A stretch of DNA of 64,000 nt, taken from IMG/VR virus record IMGVR_UViG_3300020578_000044; one strand, given 5' to 3'. This stretch comes from an uncultured virus (IMG/VR IMGVR_UViG_3300020578_000044) (Duplodnaviria > Heunggongvirae > Uroviricota > Caudoviricetes). The notes under the pieces were generated by a model. It was not told the DNA's origin and did no database searches. It was given only the letters and a program-made list of their open reading frames with translations. Below, in pieces: positions 11,801 to 20,400 of the stretch (positions within the stretch are counted from its first letter, which is position 1; each line of letters starts with the position of its first letter). Position numbers and translations under genes: made by a program.

Positions 11801-14800
11801 CAGCCAATCCACCCATAAGTATATTTTTAGTTGCGTTTGCCCTACCCTCACTAGATACTAGTTGATTTCCGGCAGTCATTGTTGAAATTGCTGTTTTGGC
11901 TGACACGGACTCATTTTGAGCTTCTACTATAAGACGATTCCAAGATCTGTCTCCGGCTCTTTCCAAATACGCTTGTCCTTTTAGTTTTTTACTATCTTCC
12001 TCCACTAAAGACGAAGCTGTCAACCATCCATCATCTATGTCTCCACCAAGGAACTGAGCAAAGCCTGTTCCATTTCCTGGATAAATATTTCTTTTGAAAA
12101 TTTCTAAATCAACCTCTGCACAGAAGTTAGACATTAACTGCCCCATGCTAGTCATTATTCTTCCATCTCCAAAGAATGTGCTAACAGGGTTTCTTGTAAA
12201 AACATTAGTTGCCAACTTGAATGATGCCGCATTGGCAGCTCCGCCAACATCTCCTTGACCAAGATTAGAATAAACGCTTGCTACAACATTTCTTATTCCA
12301 TCAGCTCTTGCCCTCTCTGATTCGCTTAATGGTTCGTATAGTGTTGAGCCAAAATGTCTAATACCAAATCTATTTTCAGAAAAGACTGTTCCATTTGTAG
12401 CTCTAGCAAAAGCTTCCCTAAATCTTGATGCGCCCATTGAAAGCAATCTAACCATTAGGTCTCTAGGTTCAGACAAATACATGCCAGTATCTACGCCACC
12501 ATCTATTTTACCTGTGTCGCCTTTTTTATTTGTAGAGTTAACTATTGCACTAAGCTCAATTGCATCAGACTGTGCTGTTACTGTAACAATTTCACCTTGC
12601 TCCACATTTGTTATCACACCATTGAAAACTGTTTGCAAAGAGTTTGGATTAGCACCATATCCAACCCTAAGATGAACGCGAACTCCAGGCTTTAATCTAA
12701 TATTATTAATATCTACAACATAATCATTTCTCATTCCTGAGACAATATTTTTAGCTATATTCAAAGTTCTATCCAAAATAGATTCAATACCTTGAGTAAA
12801 GTCTATTGGAGCATCATTTGGTTGGTTATCTCTAGAATTAAAAATTTCAGTAGAAGGACGTGTAGTCAATTTTGAATACATATTTGATACTCTAAATATT
12901 AAAGTATCACCCAAGAGATCCTCTGAGGAAACAACGGAAAAATCTACTATAGACTGCAACCCATAAAAGTTATCGAATAATTTAACACCAGCAAAAAAAC
13001 CACCTTCGTCAATTAACCATAACATGTAGGTGGGAAATGCCCTGATCATTCTTCCAGATATATCTCTATACTGTACATCGTTCATCATCTTTTGAATATG
13101 GCTACCAAAGGATCCATCATAAGCTTTTTGATACTTATTTAATGACTGAACACCTTCTACGCCGGTAAGGGCATTTTTGCAACCTCTATCTGGCGTTTGT
13201 GTATCCTCAACCTGATTCTCTACTAGTCTCTTGTCTCCATGGTCATCTATCAAAACATTGGCTCCATCAACTGTTAAATAAAATCTTCCATTGTCTTTAT
13301 TAATATAGCCAAAATGAGTCCCTAATGCTGATTGCATCATTGCCGGAATGTCTGATCCGGATCCAGCTTCTTGCGGATTTGTTGCTGGAATCAAGTATAT
13401 AACTTTATGAAAATCAACTTCATCTGGATTAAAGCTGACTTCTGTTTCAGTTGCTAAATGAGAATTTGTCAAAACCTGTTTGATTAAATTTAGCGTTTCT
13501 GCACTACTATAATTTACATTACCAACGGAATAACCGGCTCCAGAAATTTCTTCAAATACTGGATTATCTTCAGTTGATTGTGCAGAAATAAAAACATAAT
13601 CGGTTAATAAGGCTTGCTTTTCTGAAGTTTGAAACTCAGAAGTTTCTGCTTGTACCACTTCTTGGAAAAGACTAATAAAGTTATGAACGCTTATGCCGCT
13701 ACTGTTCACATAGTCTATGATTTCGTCAATTAATATTTTATTATTATTTGCTCTTAAAAGCTGCGGCAATGGCTCATTGGCAATATCCTTATAAGCGTAT
13801 CTTCTAAGAAAATCTGTAATTCTATTTTTAACTTGATTTTTTCTTATTTCTATACCACGCGCATCTCCCAGCTTAGCCCAATTATCACTATAATCAAATT
13901 TAAAATCTTTTGTTATATCTGGTTGATAAGTAAAGTTATTAATGACATCTCTGTCAAACATTTCAAAACTTCTAAAATAGAAGTCTGGATCCAAATTGCC
14001 AACTATTTCATTTTCTTTATCACGAACTTCCAGCGGCATATCGGGATATGCATTAAATGCTCCCCACAACTGCTTAATTCTTAAAAATGGATTTCTTTTT
14101 GACCCAAAGTGGTCAATAAAATCTTTTTGCTGCTTTGATGAAAGCTTTTCTCTTTTTTGCTGAAATATGTCAAAGTCAACAAAACTTAATTGAACATTGT
14201 AAACATGTGGATAATTTGGTATTGTATCGACTTTGAAGTTTAATGGAATAACATATTTGATTCCACATAGTGCGCTAATAATATTTTTAATTCCAAGGAA
14301 ACCAATAACTCCCGTAGAGTGTTCAAGCCTTGCTAATGAATTGATATGATCAAAAATTGCTCTAATTTTATAAAGCTCTCTTTCACCAAAAACAGTCATT
14401 GATATATTGACATATGAATCTTTTCCACCTATATACTGATATGTTGGTTCCTCCTGCATTTGCACTTGCAACTTCGAAAGGTTGTTTCCAAGACTTACGC
14501 TTACACCATTAACTATAGCTTTTTTAGGGTCTAAATCAACTCTGTTCATTGGGACTTCCCATTCCTGGAAATGGTAATCTCCCTCCCTTAAACGCTTTGC
14601 CTCCATAAGATTTTGGATATAGCCATCAGAAAAAAAGCGATCATACAGTGATAATAAGAATGCATCAGTTACTTGTTGACGAATTTTTTTTTCGTCAGGC
14701 ACGGCTGTTTCGGTGCCTAAAACTTTTCTTTTTTCAATCTCTTCGACAATCAAAGTTTCAATAATATTACCAGAAGAATAAACTGAATCCCAAATACTTT

Positions 14801-16976
14801 TTTTGATAAAGTTTAAACTAACACTATTATTTTTATTATTGAAAACTGGATCATTCAATATATATGATCCTTCTGTTGGATATAGGGTAAAGTAGTCTAC
14901 ATCAAATGGCATTTGGTCTGGAGTTAGGTAATTCAACAACCATTCTTTTTCTTGTGTCGTCAACTTTAATATGTTGCTTGATATAAATGACTGTACCTTG
15001 TATTTATAGATTCCAGCCCTGTAGTCACTTTGATTAATACCAGCAGTAATTATATCTACAGATTGCCTAACAGCTGTCTTAATAGAAGGGGGGAATGTTG
15101 GCTCTAGAGAAAGAGACTTGATTTGATCTAAATCACGAATTGCTGGTGTATTTGGAGAAATTTCAATTCCGAATTTTGCCAGCAAACCATTCCACAGTCC
15201 AAAACTTTGTTGATTAAGAATTTTTTCCTGCTCACTTCTGAAAGAAGAAGTATCAGGTAAGAACATTTTTGTTTGAGTTTCAGCTGGAGTATAAAAAGTT
15301 AAGTTACTACCGTCTCTCCACTGAGCAACTATATTGGTATATAAAACATCATTTTCATACGTGTTAAGCAGTTCTACTGTGTCATCCGTTAAAGAAGAAT
15401 CTACTAGCGCAGATTCATCGATTAAAATAGGTCCATGTGGATTTTTCTGATATATATATGAGTCACTACGAATTATTCCAGTATTATCTTCTGTCTCTTG
15501 GACATTTTTATTATCGGACGTCTTTAGTAAGAAGGATTCGTTTGCGTATTTATGCATTGCACCCGCTGCTTTACCCATGTACTGCCTGTATTTACCCCAA
15601 TGAATTGCTTGATTAAAGTCTTTGAGCATTGGCAAAAATGGTTTGTGATTATAAGCGAGCAGCTCTAAATCAACCATTAAAGAAAATGGATAATTAGGAA
15701 CTGTAGAAACAGACATAGAAGATAATGCCACAGCTGAAATTCCATGGACAGAATTTATATAATCATTTTTTATTGGAAGTATTGGAGAGTATTTAAATGC
15801 TGCTACTAATCCACGCAAAGAAGAAAGAAACTTATCTATTTTTTCTTCCGAATCTCCAGTATTCTTAAAATCTATTTTAAAATTTTCCTTAAGATCTATT
15901 GCCGAAGCATCGCTTATATGCATGCCCCATATTTCTTCATAGTTTGGAAAGAATAATCTTAAAGAGATTGAAGTTTCTTTATAGCCAGCATTATATTTGG
16001 GAGTATTTCTTTGTCTGATTGCTCCGCCAGTAAGTGATCCAGTTTTAAATGCAGAATTAACCGTGATAGAAATAGGCGGTACATAAAAATTAGCTGCGCC
16101 TAAACGCAAATGAAAAATATCAGGTTTTTTGGGAGGTATATGAGCTCTATATGGAAAGTCTTCTATTGCCTTACGAATTCTTTCGGAAGTGTTACCTCCA
16201 ATTCTAAAAGCCATAGTAAATATTGGCTCACCATTTGGAGCAAGACCAAAAGCTTTTTCCAATTCATCAATAGCATCCTCTTCCCTATTGAGGGTATCCT
16301 CTTTTCCGCCACCCTTGCCTGCATTTGAGTAGTCGCCTGTTACAGCCAACGCATCAAAAACAAACGTCATTAAACCCGGCAGGTAGTGATTTATAATAGA
16401 GAAAGATATAGGATCCGCTTGAAGATTGTAAACTACTTGGCTTAATAAAGTAAGCCATTCGGTATCAACCGCTGGATCTATGTGATAATCTAAAGACTTT
16501 TGTGTAATATACACATTTTGTAGTCTTTTCTTGCCCAATTCACTTATTTCATAGGCGAATGATGCTAGATATAGTAGGCCGGTAGATTCTAGCCTTTTAT
16601 ACAAATTTACCAGAAGAGTATTGTCGTCAATGATTGAAGACAATGTGCCCCCAAGCGTAAAAACTCTAGTAGTAGCTTCTACCCTTTTCTGATAGTTATC
16701 TTTCGCTTCTTCCAGACCAGATGAATAATCTGCAAGGGTTGCATAATGATCTATATCAAGTATGGGAAGAATTTCAGGCCTAGTTAAAGAAAAAAACCTT
16801 TCAAAAGCTTCTTCTGAGTTTTTGTACCGAGACTTAGGTAAATAATCATCGGTTAGATTAAGCGGACCAACCGTCATCATATTCACAAAAGCTTTTTGAC
16901 TGTAATTATATGACAATGGGTCTGCGGAGTTTAAATTCTGTTCTTCTTGATTTTCCGATTGTTCGATATTAGACAT
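5820..16976 (-). CDS. Giant baseplate hub protein (gp27/gpD-like) with RlpA-like insert and C-terminal SNase-like nuclease
   Basis: 3718 aa; LKPGVRVHLRVGYG...VFNGVITNV and GELIIIGNADIRPHD...FEVEQIVHHF hub motifs; KDGDT/VRFDGIDSGE/RILG/NWELV..NLA.VY thermonuclease motifs. Confidence 0.75.
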   Translation of the reverse strand: MSNIEQSENQEEQNLNSADPLSYNYSQKAFVNMMTVGPLNLTDDYLPKSRYKNSEEAFERFFSLTRPEILPILDIDHYATLADYSSGLEEAKDNYQKRVEATTRVFTLGGTLSSIIDDNTLLVNLYKRLESTGLLYLASFAYEISELGKKRLQNVYITQKSLDYHIDPAVDTEWLTLLSQVVYNLQADPISFSIINHYLPGLMTFVFDALAVTGDYSNAGKGGGKEDTLNREEDAIDELEKAFGLAPNGEPIFTMAFRIGGNTSERIRKAIEDFPYRAHIPPKKPDIFHLRLGAANFYVPPISITVNSAFKTGSLTGGAIRQRNTPKYNAGYKETSISLRLFFPNYEEIWGMHISDASAIDLKENFKIDFKNTGDSEEKIDKFLSSLRGLVAAFKYSPILPIKNDYINSVHGISAVALSSMSVSTVPNYPFSLMVDLELLAYNHKPFLPMLKDFNQAIHWGKYRQYMGKAAGAMHKYANESFLLKTSDNKNVQETEDNTGIIRSDSYIYQKNPHGPILIDESALVDSSLTDDTVELLNTYENDVLYTNIVAQWRDGSNLTFYTPAETQTKMFLPDTSSFRSEQEKILNQQSFGLWNGLLAKFGIEISPNTPAIRDLDQIKSLSLEPTFPPSIKTAVRQSVDIITAGINQSDYRAGIYKYKVQSFISSNILKLTTQEKEWLLNYLTPDQMPFDVDYFTLYPTEGSYILNDPVFNNKNNSVSLNFIKKSIWDSVYSSGNIIETLIVEEIEKRKVLGTETAVPDEKKIRQQVTDAFLLSLYDRFFSDGYIQNLMEAKRLREGDYHFQEWEVPMNRVDLDPKKAIVNGVSVSLGNNLSKLQVQMQEEPTYQYIGGKDSYVNISMTVFGERELYKIRAIFDHINSLARLEHSTGVIGFLGIKNIISALCGIKYVIPLNFKVDTIPNYPHVYNVQLSFVDFDIFQQKREKLSSKQQKDFIDHFGSKRNPFLRIKQLWGAFNAYPDMPLEVRDKENEIVGNLDPDFYFRSFEMFDRDVINNFTYQPDITKDFKFDYSDNWAKLGDARGIEIRKNQVKNRITDFLRRYAYKDIANEPLPQLLRANNNKILIDEIIDYVNSSGISVHNFISLFQEVVQAETSEFQTSEKQALLTDYVFISAQSTEDNPVFEEISGAGYSVGNVNYSSAETLNLIKQVLTNSHLATETEVSFNPDEVDFHKVIYLIPATNPQEAGSGSDIPAMMQSALGTHFGYINKDNGRFYLTVDGANVLIDDHGDKRLVENQVEDTQTPDRGCKNALTGVEGVQSLNKYQKAYDGSFGSHIQKMMNDVQYRDISGRMIRAFPTYMLWLIDEGGFFAGVKLFDNFYGLQSIVDFSVVSSEDLLGDTLIFRVSNMYSKLTTRPSTEIFNSRDNQPNDAPIDFTQGIESILDRTLNIAKNIVSGMRNDYVVDINNIRLKPGVRVHLRVGYGANPNSLQTVFNGVITNVEQGEIVTVTAQSDAIELSAIVNSTNKKGDTGKIDGGVDTGMYLSEPRDLMVRLLSMGASRFREAFARATNGTVFSENRFGIRHFGSTLYEPLSESERARADGIRNVVASVYSNLGQGDVGGAANAASFKLATNVFTRNPVSTFFGDGRIMTSMGQLMSNFCAEVDLEIFKRNIYPGNGTGFAQFLGGDIDDGWLTASSLVEEDSKKLKGQAYLERAGDRSWNRLIVEAQNESVSAKTAISTMTAGNQLVSSEGRANATKNILMGGLAGAVGLIPGVNFAIGSGIAGGGLFGILRGRGGTNLFRTMGIISPNDDDDLPGFDEVSFRAQTYMRTVWDLFQVCARLLPNYIVAIRPFEDRSTIFYGKPHWLYTSGVVPVTTGFPSTQRGSELELPGYPKYRSADEDIQNIMSNINRSSNTLADYEAFKRSNELSDTMASLASDQVNSQGIYKPTAFLKEKLINFNSPLASSFSETQDDGTKVVVAKLPTVVGLTRVGFHLPVGDPTTTIAPMTKAHAQLDNLPPRFRYPFYTINETIILDSTSYSIRDGGVFQNAASHFKDIGKSGRKFLDNEGEVPMDAEEFQGFVNEAMAEDRRSFGGATFMANMFTLLQYESKFILNNELTLVPSSGILELDRPLGFSTFIDNIIDVDGLSFIGGANTKYVRMPLPSVLANRLSISVDPAAITQYSVSSSEAKRNADDYSFEYEISNQISYEEWGSPGDLPASQQTAAEAEQFYIAMKWPYNPGFSSTQAPSGFNNITVYDETLEKFKEKYGFTDLYGTAEDYKKRKVLVYSPRTNRAVVCAPAYFLWGDDDDTAAAVVSPDAAWYLGNFISKNLSFKLTANSEESDILNQLPSWINTMASAAGAVGSAAGTALGYALNVSQYISAPIYIGNRITDRLNVSIFGNEDELNYENESGLSINPQPVECMFAFVPDDVPVGVISSAAAPIKRFLERGARSPDDSMILGFGNYTMTEDGQLSELTARRTTSQDLINELQGGAGSRFKVYDEDMVDPPNIFSEWIPINAEISSSRFDFGGNALAVPDGRDKPFIGYFNALLDATNFNSSAESGGLGSSEDSDLVGNEQLSRSYLYDVLDEELSTTGDVKTSKGRAAFLSVYDPLDSVSVEARSYYDENFDPNVSVIAGNGRNLNQANDIWDQFRFGYHTYDSVKAIFARIYGMDPDSTDAFPEEFARILGSSNENSFSNFEDSNIPIAGLSNTENTAVDELAILLGADYFNIPNNPQMGGQGVPSTNATQRRNAVEFIRKNYIDLIAAEKESDTGIIQFFNATIADALNGIKENFFESGVTNSILEYALENKKNPEEAIALSEKIKTPKQLFLLMVGIFRQNLWSTAYGRAWLVLKPNRKRGIITSGGGGSEGQWSFKPVDKIFEAFINPYGEYAKDKNKFLKLLVSTKSEGTGSSTFISGISESVGNFYDRNIGPIMSAIGDGLSGLLGMFKLAMMQMGYAITEVGNFSRQAHILNKVLNDSIYYSLGREGSLLRAVDNPFTREYGEPVVEVRQSFQRLHYLSSFSHIISNQIQENLNGVSTVVTAVSDGKYPITVALDKGAPAERQTEKTVETGLYYDNFVGSGFLGVLHPLMHPLETVRGIAKNIQGTPDELSARRIALAHLRESIKDIYGGELIIIGNADIRPHDLVYLSDVYERMYGIFEVEQIVHHFTPEMGYITSITPNALVTVNDPARWFLSSWINSWFTVQNLRNDTRFYMDNIMASNSGINLGGMVSVDALSDALSPQMIGGLQYTHGSTALIKDIMANQTATTLPQKAEAVIKQYGSSASRSVFQGMTTALTGGVGIAAAAAGAGATGVAGFAMGLSVPIVGQLAWKGWKWIRDNVLDQHGCYVQYLSKNGQPMDAGLSYNQGMVVGRHHSKVLLPGLLGARTKVRTPEGNIFIRSDDLLKSLGWQERQTTDLIRYIDYENALVHARVLQLSGLGPDKTNLQPSLFSVIAKVIKFKDGDTFDVQDVISGAKFTVRFDGIDSGEINTFTVTSNDGDLGVSYSNDSTPSTKMTAINTPGGKAKIFVQSKLENRLVVLRIRINNAASSSVISESDFEAGAEQNTVANYTKDVTESNRILGTVWYYQPESIVQAAKDFVEKCFIDNQIGAGAEQKIKQLFFNSIYQDSPLFVKKDSILNALSALGLVYTSPLSITLDTNTKYGLSNSETIKLYNDLVQYKVLESTYNKTREWPTIFWDEYYENGHPVTLNWELVTNNLATVYTKQLQIEGNSVISAEESAIMPARVGQ

Positions 16977-16984
16977 GCTTCACC

Positions 16985-17431
16985 TTAGGTAAACGTCATA
17001 TTATTTTTGATAATCTTAGACAATCTTTCACTAGAAGAATCTTTCATAGTGGAAGAACTATAATTATCTATTATACTACTTCTTGTTTCTTTTGTAAAAG
17101 AATTAAAGTTAAAATTACCACTTAATTTTGTATTAAAATTTTTAGAATATCTAGCCTTTTGATGTCTCTTGCCACTATAACCACTTTCATCCATCAAAAT
17201 ATGTGCGGGAGATGAATTCTCTAAACCCTCAAAAGAGCCCCTAACCTTATCCGACTGACCAGATGCTTGAATCTTTTGGCGTGACTCAGACACAACATTC
17301 TTAGTAGGGCTTTTACTCGAAGCTATTTTTGCTGCATACTTATTAGCTGTAATGCTTCTATGAGATGTATCTTTTGGCTGTTTTGCAGCGGAGGCTAAAG
17401 TTTTATTTTGATCTTTAACACTTAATATCAT
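16985..17431 (-). CDS. Small basic Ser/Lys-rich hypothetical protein
   Basis: 148 aa ORF filling the gap between two giant genes on the coding strand. Confidence 0.6.
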   Translation of the reverse strand: MILSVKDQNKTLASAAKQPKDTSHRSITANKYAAKIASSKSPTKNVVSESRQKIQASGQSDKVRGSFEGLENSSPAHILMDESGYSGKRHQKARYSKNFNTKLSGNFNFNSFTKETRSSIIDNYSSSTMKDSSSERLSKIIKNNMTFT

Positions 17432-17441
17432 CTAATCAACC

Positions 17442-20400
17442 TTAAAATGAGCTAGCGAGCTGCTGATATGGATCAGACGTCACACTTGGGATCCTATTAT
17501 ACATAGTACTGTTAATCGGTCCATTAGTAAGTCCAGAAGCTGCTTGTTGAAATCTTTCAACATCCTGCCTAGAACCATATAAGGAAACCTTGTAACTCAT
17601 TCCAGAAGCAGATGCCTGTCCACCAATTTGGGGAACAGAAACATTAGAAGTTGGATATCCCTGCTCATAAGCTGATCCACCAGGAAGAAGCGGAGGACCC
17701 GCAGCGTCTTCTGTTGTTTTATCTTTTTTATTTTGATATAAAAAGCTTCCCGCTATCAATAGTCCTGCTGCGATGGCAGTTTTTTGAACAGATGGCTTAG
17801 AAAACTGCTCTGTTAAATAATCCATATCTAAACGTTTAAATTTAGATGGATTTACATTGGATGGAGATTGATCTTCAAGATCTCTCAAAACATTACCAAC
17901 TATACCCTTTGGTTTATCTTTGCGTCCGACGACTTTATCTGCAGATATTTGACCATTCAAAAAATCGTCTATTGCGGGATCCAAAATGTCTCTTTCATAT
18001 AGAGCCCTAGATCTTATGGCATTAGATATGGTTTTTATAGTTTCATCTGTAGTATCTTCCACACCTTTTCCTACAGCTTGACTTAATTGTTGCATGTCGA
18101 TACCTAAATCTGCAAACATTCCAGAAACATCGCCATATTGAGAAAGGTCTAAAGCCCTTTGTTTGGTGTTGCCTTCAATAATATCCGTAAGCAGTAACTC
18201 CCTCGTGGATGATGTGGCGCTAAAGAAATTGTCAACAATATTTTTGACTTGTAAATTTGAAGTTGCCTTTGTGTAGGCTGCTTTATTCCTTTTCGCCATG
18301 TTAAGTCTGGCAAAAAGATTAGCAAATTCTTCATTTGAATCCTCGGTAAGATCAGTTAACTGCTCAAAAACATATGAGCTCATTCCACGATCTGAAGCTT
18401 CTAATTGAAGTGCATTTAATAAATTAAATCCAGTTAAAGGTCTTTGTGATCTAACTTCATCAATTCCTCTTAATAAATTGTCTCCTAATTCAGTTTTTAA
18501 TATTTCAGCTCTTAATCGAGCCTGTTCAAAGCCCATAGATAGCTCTTGCCTTCTGGCAGCATCGATAAACTGTCCATCCTCTATGCCTTCTCTAAATAAT
18601 TTTTGTGCGTCTCTATAAGCTGCATTGGCTTCCATAAGTTCGTCAAAAATATTCTGATTTGCATCTAAAATAGCTTTTGCAGATAATTGTGCTTCAGTAG
18701 CGTTTTTGCCCATGCCAGCAGTAAGCGTATCTCTTAGTTCTTTCATATTATCGCCAAATCTTTTTCTCGCTGCGTTGAAACTATCTTGAGCTTGCTGAGC
18801 AATTTCAATTGTTTTAGAAAGATTACCTCTACCAATAACTCCTATATCTGTTAGGGCCGTTATTATTTTAGCTTTAGAAGGGGCATCTCCGCCTTCAAAC
18901 AGATTCTTTAATTTACTAAGATCTTCATCAGTTTGTATTCCTTCAGCAATCCTAGCCTCAGCGCCCTTTATATAACTCTCAGCAAAAGCTGTAAGGTCAT
19001 CTTTGTTTAACTTTCCAAAATCAATGAGAGCCTTGTCGAGAACAAACTGTTGCCCCCCTCTATGTTGTAGATATCCGAACATTTCCCCATATTGACTCAC
19101 AGCTTCTGCGCCGCTTGTTTCTAGATCAAAATTATTTCCATACATTCTTCTAAAAATATCCATGCCATATCTAGTATCTGCTGCTGCTTCTGCCTCCATT
19201 TTTAATTTCAGTCTTCCAGAAGTAAATGTTTGGGTCATGTCTACTGCGGTTTCCGATGATGGAAAACCTACCAATAGCCCTTTCCCATTGTCATATCGCC
19301 TAAGTGCATCGTTAATTGCTTGATCAGATCCAAAAGCTTTTTCAAATTGAGCCAAACCATCTGCAATTACCGTAGCTCTGTTAACATGCTTACCAAGATT
19401 GTTAGCGTTTTCCGTAGATGCTTTTTCCATGCTTTCAAGATAGAATTTATTAAATGCAATAGCTTTTTTATTTTTATCTAATTGAAAACTATCTAAAGTT
19501 TCACGAAAAGCTTTTGAAGCTTTCTTTATATCTGCCTGTGCCTGTTCTAATGCCGCCAGCTGCACTGGATCATCGTAAACAGAACCAGGTATAAACTGAC
19601 CGGAATATGCCGGACCTTTTAATGCTTGTATCTGATCTCTGATAGCACCTAGTTGCGTTTTTTGCTGATCTGTCATAAGATGCTCATACATCCGATAAAT
19701 ATCATCTTCAAGATTCATTTCCATAACTTCAGTCTTTAACTTTTGAAAGCCAAGGGAAGTTAAGCCCGGATCAACGCCAGCAAAATCAACTAATCTAGAT
19801 CCTGCAAAAAAATCAACTGTACTAGCACCCTGCTTTAGGACGCCTAGTGATTCGAAATATGCTCTATCAAAAGTTCTTGCTTTTCCACCATACAATCTAT
19901 CTCTAACATCTATAATTGTTTCCTCAAGTTCATCTAATAATGCAGACTGATCAATTCGTGTCATTTCTTCTGATGTGAATTTTCCAGATAAATTTTGCTG
20001 TAAAATATTTAATCTGTCTAAGGTTGGAGAACTACCAGAACCTGCCAATTTTTCTTTTTCATCTAAAATCATTTGATCTAAAGTTTTCATAAAATCTGCG
20101 TTATGACCAAATAATTCTTGATAACTTTCTATATCATTAAAGCGAACAAACCCAATCATTTCGCCTGCACCCGTGGGCTGACGAGCCATGGCCATAGCCA
20201 AACGTCTTTTGCCATTAGACATGTAGGTTCCCAAAACTGGTAGCCCTTTGTCGTCAAGGTCGAATCCACCAAGAGCATGGTGGAACCTAATAACATCCCT
20301 TTCGCTCATTAATAAGTTGTGATTAGAAAATCTTACACGAGTTGTACTGAGACTGAATCCTTCATCCATCATTATATTTTGATCAGTCATATCCAAGAAC

